DNA of 64,000 nucleotides from Longimicrobiales bacterium (lineage in GTDB: Bacteria; Gemmatimonadota; Gemmatimonadetes; Longimicrobiales; Gaopeijiaceae): contig JAWLHJ010000001.1 in assembly GCA_041690395.1 (NCBI GenBank), forward strand, positions 864,001-928,000. The letters are read 5' to 3'. Every line of letters begins with the position of its first letter. Positions within the stretch are counted from its first letter, which is position 1. The notes beneath the pieces were generated by a model. It saw nothing but the letters and a program-made list of their open reading frames with translations, was not told the DNA's origin and made no database searches. A program made the position numbers and the translations under genes. Shown here one piece after another: positions 38,923 to 48,526 of this stretch.

Positions 38923-40028
38923 GTGCTCGGCCCGCTGTCGGACACGCCATCGCCCGCCACCCGCGTGACGCCCGGGAGCCCGAGCACGAAGTCCGCGCCG
39001 AACGCCGCGGACGGGGTGTGGATCCCCGGAGGCCGTCGGACGTCGCCCCCGAGCACGCGCTGCACGGCGGTGACCGCGGCGGTGGCCGTGAGCGCGTAGG
39101 CGTTCGGAGTGACGAGCTCGACCGCGGCCGAGTCGCCCCGGTCGTTGCGGACCTCGGCGCGCACCCGAGCGTGACCCGACGCGAGCTCCTTGCTTCCCGG
39201 GCCTGTCACGAGCCGGTCCACCAGGCGCTCCGCCATGCGCCGGAGCGGCCCCGCGCGTAGGAGCAGTCCGAACCCCCGCCCCAGCCGGGTCAGCCCGGGA
39301 GGAAGGGTCGCGTAGACCGTGATGTTCGGGATTCCCGTGGACCGGTACGCGGTGCTCACGTCGCCCCACGGGATCGACGTGCCACGCCGCGGCCGGTCCG
39401 TGAACGCGATCGTCCGGCGTTCGGATCCGATGGGGACGGGCACGATCCGGCCGTTCCGCCTGACGGCGCCCCGCTGACCGAGCCGCTCGAGCGTCGTGCG
39501 GGTCGTTCCGCGGCTCGCTCCGCCGCTCACGCTCAACGCGAGGTCGAGCTCGGTGGCGTCGTCCACCATCTCGGCGGCCAGCGCCGCCGCGCAGTCCGTG
39601 GGAACGACGTCGAAGCCGACGGCCGGCACGACGTGGACGCCGGCGTCCCGGGCTTCGTCCGCTCGATCCTGCATGGCCTCGAGGACATCGATCTCCCCCG
39701 TGATGTCCAGGTAGTGGCATCGCGCGGCGAGGCATGCCTCGAGCACCGGACGCCACGTCGCGGAGAAGGGCCCGGCGGCGTTGAGCACCAGCCCCACGTC
39801 TCGGAGCGCCGCAGTAAGCGCGGCGGGCTGGTCGAGCCCGAAGGCCGCCCACTCCAGGCCGTGCTCCTCGGCGAGCGCCTGTGTTTTCGCACGGTCCCGT
39901 CCGGCGACCACCGGACGCAGACCGAGATCCGCCGCACGTTCGACGATGAGCCGGCCGGTATATCCGTACGCCCCGTACAGCAGCCAACGGCCGGCCGGCG
40001 GTCCGGTCGGACGAGCGGTCTCGCTCAC
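38919..40028 (-). CDS. saccharopine dehydrogenase-like NADP-binding protein
   Basis: YGAYGYTG, NAAGPF, HYLDITGE, GFDVVPTD. Confidence 0.85.
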   Translation of the reverse strand: MSETARPTGPPAGRWLLYGAYGYTGRLIVERAADLGLRPVVAGRDRAKTQALAEEHGLEWAAFGLDQPAALTAALRDVGLVLNAAGPFSATWRPVLEACLAARCHYLDITGEIDVLEAMQDRADEARDAGVHVVPAVGFDVVPTDCAAALAAEMVDDATELDLALSVSGGASRGTTRTTLERLGQRGAVRRNGRIVPVPIGSERRTIAFTDRPRRGTSIPWGDVSTAYRSTGIPNITVYATLPPGLTRLGRGFGLLLRAGPLRRMAERLVDRLVTGPGSKELASGHARVRAEVRNDRGDSAAVELVTPNAYALTATAAVTAVQRVLGGDVRRPPGIHTPSAAFGADFVLGLPGVTRVAGDGVSDSGPST

Positions 40029-41872
40029 GGGTCGCCGTCCGAGAGCTCCGACCACCGCTCGAAGGCGCGCTCGATCTCCTGCTCGAGCTCCTGCGCCCGT
40101 TGCGTCACCTCCGCGACCCGATCGGGGTCGCCCTTGTAGAAGTCCGGGGCAGCGAGGGCTTCATGGGCTTCGGCCAGCTGGGCCTCGAGCGTCTCGATCC
40201 TGGCCGGGAGGCGCTCGAGCTCGCGCTGATCGTTGTAGGTGAGCTTACGCCGGCGGGTCGCGGTGGCGCTCTCGGTCGAGTGCCCGCTCCGTCCGCCATC
40301 GGCACGACCGCTCCTGGCCCGCTCGCTCCCGGCCGCCTCCGCGGCGTTCCGGTCCGCCACCCGCTTCCAGTCGGAGTAGCCGCCCGCGTACTCCTTCACC
40401 CGGCCATCGCCTTCGAAGACGAGCGCGTGGGTGCACAGGTTGTCGAGGAACGCCCGGTCGTGGCTCACGGTGAGCACCGTGCCCGCGAACGCGACCAGCC
40501 GGCTCTCCAGGAGCTCGAGCGTCTCGGTGTCGAGGTCGTTGGTGGGCTCGTCGAGCACGAGCACGTTGGCGGGTCGGGTGAACAGCCGGGCCAGGAGAAG
40601 TCGGTTCCGCTCGCCTCCCGACAGGGAGCGCACCGGCTGCCGGGCGCGTTCCGAGGTGAAGAGGAAGTCCTGCAGGTAGCTCATGATGTGGCGGCGCTCG
40701 CCGTCGATCTCCACGTGGTCGCTCCCGAAGCCGACGGCCTCGGCCACGGTCTCCGCCTCGTCGAGCTGCTCCCGGTGCTGGTCGAAGTACCGGACCTCGA
40801 GCGCGGTGCCGTGCTCGACCGTCCCGGCGTCGGGCTCGAGCCGACCGAGCAGGAGCTGGATGAGCGTGGTCTTGCCGGCGCCGTTCGGGCCGATGATCCC
40901 GATCTTGTCGCCTCGGGTGATGGTGGTCGAGAAATCACGGATGAGCGGCTCGGCCGTGCCCTCGTCTCCGGCCTCGGCTGCCCCGTATCCGAAGGAGACC
41001 CCCTTGGCGACGATGACCCGCGTGCCGGACCGCTGCGCCTCCTGGATGTTCAAGCGCACCTCTCCGATCCGCTCGCGACGCGCCGAGCGCTCCTTGCGCA
41101 TGGCCTGGAGGGCGCGGACGCGGCCCTCGTTCCGGGTGCGTCGTGCCTTGATTCCCCGTCGGATCCACGCCTCCTCCTCCGACAGCTTGCGGTCGAACTC
41201 GGCCCACCGCTTCTCCTCGGCGCGGAGCAGCTCCTCCTTCCGCTCCAGATACGTATGATATCCGCAGCTCCACGAGGTCAGCTTCCCGCGATCGAGCTCC
41301 ACGATGCGCGTCGCGAGCGCCTGGAGGAACGTGCGGTCGTGCGTGACGAAGAGCAGACTGCCGTCGAAGCGCCTGAGGAAGCCCTCGAGCCACTCGATGC
41401 TCTCGAGGTCGAGATGGTTCGTCGGCTCGTCGAGGAGGAGAACGTCCGGCTCGGCCGCGAGCGCACGACCGAGGAGCGCCCGCCGCTTCTGGCCACCGGA
41501 GAGCGACCTGAAGGGAGCCGTGCCGTCGAGCTCCATCAGCGACACCTGGCGCTGGACGTCGTGGTGGCCGGTCCCCCGCTGGCCCCGGAGGTGACCCGGA
41601 ACACCGGACGCGATCACGTCTTCCACCGTGTCCGGGAGGTCGTCGGGGACATCCTGCGGGAGGAGCGCAATCCGCGCGCCGGACTCGAGCGCGATCGTGC
41701 CGTCGTCCGGCGCGACGTGGCCCGAAAGGATCTTGAGGAGCGTGGACTTTCCCTCGCCGTTCCGACCGACCAGTCCGATACGCTCGCCCCGCTCGATCTG
41801 GAGCGTGGCGTCGTCCAACAACGGACGGCCGCCGAAGGCGACGGTGAGGTTCTGTGCGCTGACCAGGGCCAC
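40025..41872 (-). CDS. uup: ABC-F family ATPase, Uup-like
   Basis: two ABC domains, GIKARRTRNEGRVRAL linker, C-terminal coiled-coil. Confidence 0.85.
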   Translation of the reverse strand: MALVSAQNLTVAFGGRPLLDDATLQIERGERIGLVGRNGEGKSTLLKILSGHVAPDDGTIALESGARIALLPQDVPDDLPDTVEDVIASGVPGHLRGQRGTGHHDVQRQVSLMELDGTAPFRSLSGGQKRRALLGRALAAEPDVLLLDEPTNHLDLESIEWLEGFLRRFDGSLLFVTHDRTFLQALATRIVELDRGKLTSWSCGYHTYLERKEELLRAEEKRWAEFDRKLSEEEAWIRRGIKARRTRNEGRVRALQAMRKERSARRERIGEVRLNIQEAQRSGTRVIVAKGVSFGYGAAEAGDEGTAEPLIRDFSTTITRGDKIGIIGPNGAGKTTLIQLLLGRLEPDAGTVEHGTALEVRYFDQHREQLDEAETVAEAVGFGSDHVEIDGERRHIMSYLQDFLFTSERARQPVRSLSGGERNRLLLARLFTRPANVLVLDEPTNDLDTETLELLESRLVAFAGTVLTVSHDRAFLDNLCTHALVFEGDGRVKEYAGGYSDWKRVADRNAAEAAGSERARSGRADGGRSGHSTESATATRRRKLTYNDQRELERLPARIETLEAQLAEAHEALAAPDFYKGDPDRVAEVTQRAQELEQEIERAFERWSELSDGDP

Positions 41873-42025
41873 GGTACGGGAGCTCGATCGGAGGAATGTG
41901 GGGACGGGAATCTAGCAGGTGCGTTCCGGCCTGTGAGTGGGTTGGCAAGCTTGTTGCACCTCCCATGAACAGACAGTCACAAGGCCACGCGCGAGGGCGG
42001 TGGCCACAGATCCCGGGGGGGAACC

Positions 42026-42655
42026 ATGTGGAAGAAAGACGAAGAGCCGTCCACGCAGCCGTCCAGCGAGAGCCGCACGCCGAGCATCACGGCACAGCGG
42101 TCGTCATCGACAGGCGGTGGCCGCGCGACGATCGGCCCGTCGATCAGCATCAAGGGCGACGTGACCGGGAGCGAGGACCTGCTCATCCAGGGGCAGGTGG
42201 ACGGGTCCGTCTCGCTCGGGAAGCATGCGGTGGGCGTGGGTAGCGAAGGGCGCGTGAAGGCCAACATCGTCGGCCGGGTGATCACGATCGAGGGCCGAGT
42301 CGAAGGCGATCTCACCGCCGAGGAGCAGATCATCCTGCGGGGCTCGGCGCAGGTCCACGGCGACATCAAGGCGCCGCGAGTGGTGCTCGAGGACGGAGCG
42401 ACCTTCCGGGGGCTGGTGGACATGGGCACGACGTCGACGAAGGCGTCGGCGTCCGATAGCCGGTCGGAGGCGAAGGGCGGTTCCGAGAAGGCGTCCGGGT
42501 CGGCCTCGAGCGCCGGATCCACGTCGTCGTCTGGCTCGTCCTCGGGCGGCTCGTCTTCCGGCTCTTCCTCTTCGGGCGGGTCCTCTGGCTCGAGTGGCTC
42601 GAGCAGCGGGAAGGGTAAGGAGTCGGCCACCGGGGCGAGCCGCGCCAGCGCGTAG
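42026..42655 (+). CDS. bactofilin (polymer-forming cytoskeletal protein) with Ser/Gly-rich tail
   Basis: IGPSISIKGDVTGSEDLLIQGQVDG...LEDGATFRG. Confidence 0.9.
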   Translation: MWKKDEEPSTQPSSESRTPSITAQRSSSTGGGRATIGPSISIKGDVTGSEDLLIQGQVDGSVSLGKHAVGVGSEGRVKANIVGRVITIEGRVEGDLTAEEQIILRGSAQVHGDIKAPRVVLEDGATFRGLVDMGTTSTKASASDSRSEAKGGSEKASGSASSAGSTSSSGSSSGGSSSGSSSSGGSSGSSGSSSGKGKESATGASRASA

Positions 42656-43284
42656 TGGGCTGGCTGACTCGTATCCGCGGAGAGGCGGCAGGGGAGACGC
42701 GTGCCGTCGAGGACGCCGAGGGCGCGGTGGCGCCCTCGGTGGTCGAGCGCGCGTCCCCCGGCCTCTCCGCGCTGTTCGGCCTCATGAAGGCGGACGGTCG
42801 GTACTCGATCCTCGACCTCGGCGAGGGCAACAACCGCCAGATGGAGGCCCTCGCGCCCTACGCCCGCCTCATCCGTTTCATCGGCCTCGTCCCCGGAACG
42901 GGGGACGCGGCCGCGGCCGCGGATCCGTCGGTGCTTCCGGAGCATCCCGACTATCCGTACGACGTCGTCCTGGCCTGGGGGGTCCTCGATCGTCTGGGCC
43001 CGGAGACGCGTCTGGCGTTGATGCGTCGGCTCACGGCGATCACGGCGCCGGACGCGAGGATGTATGCAACCGTCTCGGGTCCCGGCGTAACCATGGTTCA
43101 GCCGGTGCGGTCGACGCTCCTGGGGGTGGGGCGTGTGGAGGAGGAGCCGGTCGGTGACCCGAAGCCCACGGGTCCGCAGCTCCTTCCGGCGCAGGTCGAG
43201 AAGCTGATCTCGCCCTGGACCGTCAGCCAGGCGTTCTCGCTGCGCAGCGGTGTGCGCGAGTACGTCGTGAAGAAGGGCGGCTAG
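42655..43284 (+). CDS. hypothetical protein, SAM-methyltransferase-like fold
   Basis: ILDLGEG and YDVVLAWGVLD; adjacent to bactofilin stop. Confidence 0.65.
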   Translation: MGWLTRIRGEAAGETRAVEDAEGAVAPSVVERASPGLSALFGLMKADGRYSILDLGEGNNRQMEALAPYARLIRFIGLVPGTGDAAAAADPSVLPEHPDYPYDVVLAWGVLDRLGPETRLALMRRLTAITAPDARMYATVSGPGVTMVQPVRSTLLGVGRVEEEPVGDPKPTGPQLLPAQVEKLISPWTVSQAFSLRSGVREYVVKKGG

Positions 43285-46011
43285 TCACCCGGTATTCTGG
43301 AGACCCCTGGCGATCCCGTTGACCGTGGCCAGGAGCCCGTCGAGCAGCGGGCCGTCGGGCCGGTCGTCCGCGCGCCAACGCGCCAGCAGATCGACCTGGA
43401 TGATGTTCATCGGATCGACGTAGGGGTTCCGTAGCCGAATCGAGCGCTGCAGGGTGGGGTCGTGGTCCAGCAGAGCCGTTGTGTTCCGGATCTCGAGCAC
43501 CCCGGCGACCGTCCGGTCGTACTCCTCGCGGATCGCCTCGAAGACGATGCCGGACTCCTTCGGCGCGAGCGCGCGGTACATGGCCGCGATCTCCAGGTCG
43601 GCCTTCGCGAGCACCATCTCGACGTCGGAGAGGAGGGCGTCCAGGAACGGCCAGGCCTCCGCGGCGTCGCGGAGCGCCGACAGGCCATGCGCCCGGCGGG
43701 CGGCCTCCAACCCCGTTCCGAGGCCGTACCATCCGGTCGTCATCGCGCGGCACTGCGTCCACGAGAACACCCACGGGATCGCGCGCAGGTCTTCGACTCC
43801 CGCGCCCGAGCGTCGAGTCGGCGGCCGCGACCCGATGGACATGCGCTCGATCACGTCGATGGGCGTACCGGCGCGGAAGTAGTCCGTGAAGCGGGGCTCC
43901 TCGTAGACCAGTCCGCGGTAGGCCGTTCGGGCGGCGGCGGCGACCGTGCCGGCGAGCTCGCGCCACTCGGCGGGCACGTCTTTGTCCGGGGCGGCTTCCC
44001 GCAGCACGACCGACCCGAGCATGCGCTCCAACTGGCGGAGCGCGATCTGGGGGAGTCCGTACTTCGCGTCGATCACTTCCCCCTGCTCGGTCAGGCGGAG
44101 CCGTCCGCCGATCGACCGGGCGGGCATGGCGGCAACCGCCCGGTGGACGGAGCCGCCGCCCCGTGACACCGTCCCCCCGCGTCCGTGGAAGACCGTCAGT
44201 GTGACGCCGTGCCGGCTCGCCGCGACCGACATCCGTTCGAGGGCCTGCTGGAGCGCCCACCTCGCGGACGCGATTCCGCCGTCCTTGTTCGAGTCGGAGT
44301 AGCCGACCATCACGAGCTGACGACCACCCCGACGCTCGAGGTGGGGCGCGAGCACCGGGTCGGTGAACATGCGGTCGAGCACGTCCTCGGACCGCTCCAG
44401 GTCCGGGACCGTCTCGAACAGAGGTGCGACGTCGAGGGCCAGATCGTCGGGTGGTCCCATCCCGGCCAGCGTCGCGAGCCAGAGGACCGTGAGCACGTCG
44501 TCGACGTCCCGCGCCATCGAGATGACGTAATACCCGATCGCGTCCGGCCCGTAGCGCTTCCGAGCGTCGGCCATGGCATCGAAGACGTCGAGCGCCTCGC
44601 GCGCGGCTTCGGAGGTGGGCGCGAAGCGCGACCGGAAGTCTTCGACGTCACCCGAGCCCAACTCCGCCCTGAGGAGGTCGGCGCGCTCGTCAGCGGGGCG
44701 GGTCGGCCACTCCGGATCGTTTCGCAGGTCGGCCATCAGGTCCCTCAGCGCCCGCGCGTCCTGGCGCACGTCGAGGGTGGCGAGGTGGAATCCGAAGGCC
44801 CGGGCCCGCCGCACGAGCCGACGCACGCCGAAGAGGCCGGCGTGCTCTCCGCGGTGCGCCCTGAGGCTGTCCGCGATCGTCTCGATGTCACCGAGGAAGT
44901 CGCTCGGGCCGGCGTACCCGTGCTCGTGGTCCGAGCGGGTGGCCCGCAGGCGGGCGCCGATCAGCTCCAGGAAGACGCGGTATCCCATGCCGCGGTGGCG
45001 GGCCGGAATCGCCTCCACGGCGTCCGGGAACCAAGCGCCGTAACGGGCCGTTCGTGCCGTGACTTCATCGCTCCATGGTACGCGGGTGGCCGACTGGGTC
45101 AGCTGTCGGGCGAGCTCGGTGACATCGCGCTCGTAGGCTTCGAGGGCGAGATCGCGATGTCGGTGCAGGGTGGCTCGCACGGTCCCCGCGTCGACGTTCG
45201 GGTTCCCGTCCATGTCGCCACCGACCCAGGAGCCCGGGCGGATGAGCGGCGCCGTGTTCGAGGCGTGCCCGCCCGTCTCGCCGTACACGTCGTCGATCGC
45301 GTCCCGCAGCGCCTCGTCGAGGGCCGGAAGGATCCGGTAGAGCACGCGGGAGACGTAGTACAGCACGTGCTCCCGCTCGTCGTGGACCGTCGGGCGGACG
45401 GACGGGTGCTCCTCGGTCTGCCAGGCCGTGGTGATGTTCTCCCGGATACGCGCCAGGGCCACGCGTTCCTCGCGCGGCGTCCGCTCCGGATCGAGGCGGC
45501 CGAGGAGCTCCTCTGAGATCCGCTCCTGCTTCTCGAGGATGCTGCGGCGTGTCGACTCCGTCGGATGCGCGGTGAAGACGGGCTCGACGCGGGTCCGGGC
45601 GAAGAGGTCCCATACCTGGTCTCGCTCGAGCCCGAGGTCGCGTAGCCGACGTACGATGTCCGCGAGTGAGCCGCGCTGTGGTCCTTCGCTGGAGCGCATC
45701 CACCAGCGGCCCCGGCGGATGCGGTGCACCCGCTCAGCCAGGTTCACGACCTGGAAGTACGTCGAGAACGCCCGGACCACCTCGGTGGCCTCCGACTCGG
45801 TCAGGCCCCGGAGGCGGTGGGTCAGCTCGCTCGCGGCCTCCGGGTTGCCCTCGCGGCGCCCGATGGCGGCGTGCCGCGCCGCCTCGACCCGTTCGAAGAG
45901 GTGAGCGCCGCCCTGCTCGCGAAGGACCTGCCCGACCAGATCGCCGAGCATGCGGACGTCGCTCCGGAGCGGCTCGTCCTTCGGCGGAAACGCGATGTCA
46001 CGCAGGGACAT
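43285..46011 (-). CDS. ppc: phosphoenolpyruvate carboxylase
   Basis: VFTAHPTE, GGDMDGNP, VMVGYSDSNKDGG, FHGRGGTVSRGG, LRAIPWVF, LQNTG. Confidence 0.97.
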   Translation of the reverse strand: MSLRDIAFPPKDEPLRSDVRMLGDLVGQVLREQGGAHLFERVEAARHAAIGRREGNPEAASELTHRLRGLTESEATEVVRAFSTYFQVVNLAERVHRIRRGRWWMRSSEGPQRGSLADIVRRLRDLGLERDQVWDLFARTRVEPVFTAHPTESTRRSILEKQERISEELLGRLDPERTPREERVALARIRENITTAWQTEEHPSVRPTVHDEREHVLYYVSRVLYRILPALDEALRDAIDDVYGETGGHASNTAPLIRPGSWVGGDMDGNPNVDAGTVRATLHRHRDLALEAYERDVTELARQLTQSATRVPWSDEVTARTARYGAWFPDAVEAIPARHRGMGYRVFLELIGARLRATRSDHEHGYAGPSDFLGDIETIADSLRAHRGEHAGLFGVRRLVRRARAFGFHLATLDVRQDARALRDLMADLRNDPEWPTRPADERADLLRAELGSGDVEDFRSRFAPTSEAAREALDVFDAMADARKRYGPDAIGYYVISMARDVDDVLTVLWLATLAGMGPPDDLALDVAPLFETVPDLERSEDVLDRMFTDPVLAPHLERRGGRQLVMVGYSDSNKDGGIASARWALQQALERMSVAASRHGVTLTVFHGRGGTVSRGGGSVHRAVAAMPARSIGGRLRLTEQGEVIDAKYGLPQIALRQLERMLGSVVLREAAPDKDVPAEWRELAGTVAAAARTAYRGLVYEEPRFTDYFRAGTPIDVIERMSIGSRPPTRRSGAGVEDLRAIPWVFSWTQCRAMTTGWYGLGTGLEAARRAHGLSALRDAAEAWPFLDALLSDVEMVLAKADLEIAAMYRALAPKESGIVFEAIREEYDRTVAGVLEIRNTTALLDHDPTLQRSIRLRNPYVDPMNIIQVDLLARWRADDRPDGPLLDGLLATVNGIARGLQNTG

Positions 46012-46944
46012 TCAGTGCTCCTCTCCGGCGGGGGAGGGGTCCAGCACGCCGCCGCGCCGCCGGGACCAGATCTGGGTGAACTCCGCGCCGAGGAAGAAGA
46101 TCTGCGCGGAGACGTAGACCCATGCCAGGAAGACCACGACGAACGTGCCGGGTCCGTAGTACGACGTCCAGGAAGGCGCCGACAGGAACGGCATGATCAA
46201 CATCTTCCCGAGGACGAAGACCGCCGCCGTGGCGAACGCGCCGACGAAGATGCTCGACCACTCCACGCGAACGCCCGGCAGCGTACGGAACACGACGCCG
46301 AACATGAGGCCCAGGAGGGTGATGGAGGTCGCGGCGTCCAGCACGCGGATCACGGGGAGCTCCAGCGGTAGCGAAGCTTCCAGGAGGTCGTAGAAGATCG
46401 TCGCCAACGAGGTGACGACGAACGACACCGTGACCATCACGCCCGTGACGCCGATCATCAGGAAGCCACGGAGCCGTGTACGGAGGAATCCGACAATCCG
46501 CCCTTTGACCGATTCCGTCTCTGGCCGCACGCCCCAGATGGCGTTGAGGGCGTCCCGCACGTTCGCGAAGGCCGCCGTCGCTGCGAACAGGAGCGTTGCG
46601 AGCGTGAGTATGGACGCGGGCGAGAGGAGGTTCGGCGACTCCACACGCTCCAGCACCGTCGCGGCCGTGCTCGCGGCCTGTGCTCCGGCCAGGGCCGTGA
46701 TCGTCTCGATCACCGCTGGGCGGACGGTTCCCTCCGACACCAGCAGCTCGAGAACGCCGACCAGGAGGGCCAACAGGGGACCCAGGGACAGGATCACGTA
46801 GAAGGATAGAGCCGCGCCCCGCTCTGGCCCGCGGTCCGTCAACCACTCGGTCACCGTCTGGACGAACAGGGTCCGCGCTTCCGCGAGCCAGGCCGCCGGA
46901 CCCCGGCGGGACTTCGTCTCTGAGCTGGATCCCATGGTCGTCAT
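46012..46944 (-). CDS. YihY/BrkB family membrane protein
   Basis: GAALSFYVILSLGP, ALNAIWG, AQIFFLGAE. Confidence 0.9.
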   Translation of the reverse strand: MTTMGSSSETKSRRGPAAWLAEARTLFVQTVTEWLTDRGPERGAALSFYVILSLGPLLALLVGVLELLVSEGTVRPAVIETITALAGAQAASTAATVLERVESPNLLSPASILTLATLLFAATAAFANVRDALNAIWGVRPETESVKGRIVGFLRTRLRGFLMIGVTGVMVTVSFVVTSLATIFYDLLEASLPLELPVIRVLDAATSITLLGLMFGVVFRTLPGVRVEWSSIFVGAFATAAVFVLGKMLIMPFLSAPSWTSYYGPGTFVVVFLAWVYVSAQIFFLGAEFTQIWSRRRGGVLDPSPAGEEH

Positions 46945-47239
46945 CCCGTGGTTCGATGAGGGACGGGCATGGACGGAGTCTGTCTGAATGGAGGGGGTCT
47001 GGCTAGACGACCGGCATCCACGAGCGTGCGCCGGTCTCTTCTCGCGAGCTTCGAAAGTCGTTCGAAAGTCGAACGACTTCGAGAGGATCTCTCTGTGGCG
47101 AAGCCATGGGTGCCTGCGCGTCGTACCTGGCCTTCGAGGCCTACGGTGCTACCGGTGCGGCGGAGACGATCGTTCGAAGATCGAACGACTTACCAGGGGG
47201 CAAAAAGAAGCGCTCACGAACCGAGTCGTGAGACCGCTG

Positions 47240-47392
47240 ATCGGGACGGCCGGATGGAGCTGCGGTCGTCGCTTCGCGCCGATCCTCGCTCATGTCGCGG
47301 AGGGTCTCGTCCAACGAGCCGATGAGCCAACGTGTGCGTGACAAGGGAGGCGTGGCTCAGGATCAGATCCCGATCGTGGCCAGAGTTCTCAT
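47240..47392 (-). repeat. degenerate tRNA-linked repeat unit ending in a copy of the tRNA-Pro(GGG) 3' end
   Basis: ATCGGGACGGCCGGAT at 47240-47255 identical to 51703-51718; adjacent core resembles repeats at 51852 and 58183. Confidence 0.7.
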
Positions 47393-47498
47393 GGCAATCT
47401 CAGGTGCGCGAATCCTCCGGCCCAACTTCCTCGAAGGTCCATACCCAGTTTGAAGACCGCTGAGCTGAGTGCCAACGAGCGGACCGGCGGAGGGGTCA

Positions 47499-48155
47499 TC
47501 ATCCCTCACAGATGGATCGAAGGGCCCGGAAATAGAAGATGGCCCGGTTCGCAGCCCACTGCATGAGTTCCGACTCGGCCGGGTCCTCCTCGATTCTGGT
47601 GAGCATCGAGTCGGTGCGCTCCCTCCAACCAGCGGGGAAGCCTGGGTCTGCTGGACCGATGGGTCGGTATATGATCTGTGGAGAGTAGATCCTCGCCTCC
47701 ATCCCTTCGGGGATCGGAGCAAAGTCCTGGAATCTCACGCGGCACTTTGGGTTGGCCTGGGATACGAGGGTCCTAAGGCCGGCCACTCGGGCCTCGAAGG
47801 CCGCCGACGTGTCTGCGGTCATGTCGATGGCGGCGGCGAGAATGCGGGGGTGCCGACGTATGATCAATCCTCGCACCGTCTCGTTGAGGACGATGGTGTC
47901 GGTAACGGCACGCATTGTTAGCAACTCGCGAGCTAGCGCCTCTCCTCCACCGGTTCCGCACTCCGAAGCCAGGAGGTCCATCGCGGAAGCACGCTCAGGC
48001 CCGGAGTCGTTCTCCAGCATGATCCCCTGAGCGCGCTGACACTCCTGAGTCATGGGGCTACTGGAACTGGACAAATCCTGGCTCGCCGCGCCTGCCGGCA
48101 CGCAGGCCACCGCGACCCAGAACATCGTTAAATGGCGTTTGAAGGATACGCTCAT
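47499..48155 (-). CDS. hypothetical secreted protein
   Basis: signal-like MFWVAVACVPAGAA; ~218 aa helical ORF; start uncertain. Confidence 0.55.
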   Translation of the reverse strand: MSVSFKRHLTMFWVAVACVPAGAASQDLSSSSSPMTQECQRAQGIMLENDSGPERASAMDLLASECGTGGGEALARELLTMRAVTDTIVLNETVRGLIIRRHPRILAAAIDMTADTSAAFEARVAGLRTLVSQANPKCRVRFQDFAPIPEGMEARIYSPQIIYRPIGPADPGFPAGWRERTDSMLTRIEEDPAESELMQWAANRAIFYFRALRSICEG

Positions 48156-48526
48156 CGTTCCCGGGCCTCCGGAGCCCCTGGCCGCCCATCGATCCCCTGC
48201 AGCCAACCCAAGGGCCATCAGAGTCACACTCAGTCTCTCGCGGCTCGGCCACCCGGATTGTGGTCGACCCCTACTTCGAGAATAAGCTGCACCTTCTTCC
48301 CACGCCATCGTCGCGCGAGGGGTGCGTAGATCGGAGCGGATGACCTGCGCCGCGCGCGAAGAGCACAGATTGATCGTCTCCCACCCCGTCGATCGGGACA
48401 CACCGTTGATGAGCTATCAGGGGGATATCTCTGATCGACCGGTAGGTTTTCGCGAGAGCTATCGGTCTGTCTTGGTTCTAATGAAGCGGTGGAAGGCACC
48501 GCCCGGCCACCGGTGTGGGGTCGATC

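Noticed and set aside
46945..47240. Integrase remnant at the distal islet edge
   Set aside because: Composition looks atypical but no tyrosine or serine recombinase motif is visible in the listed frames
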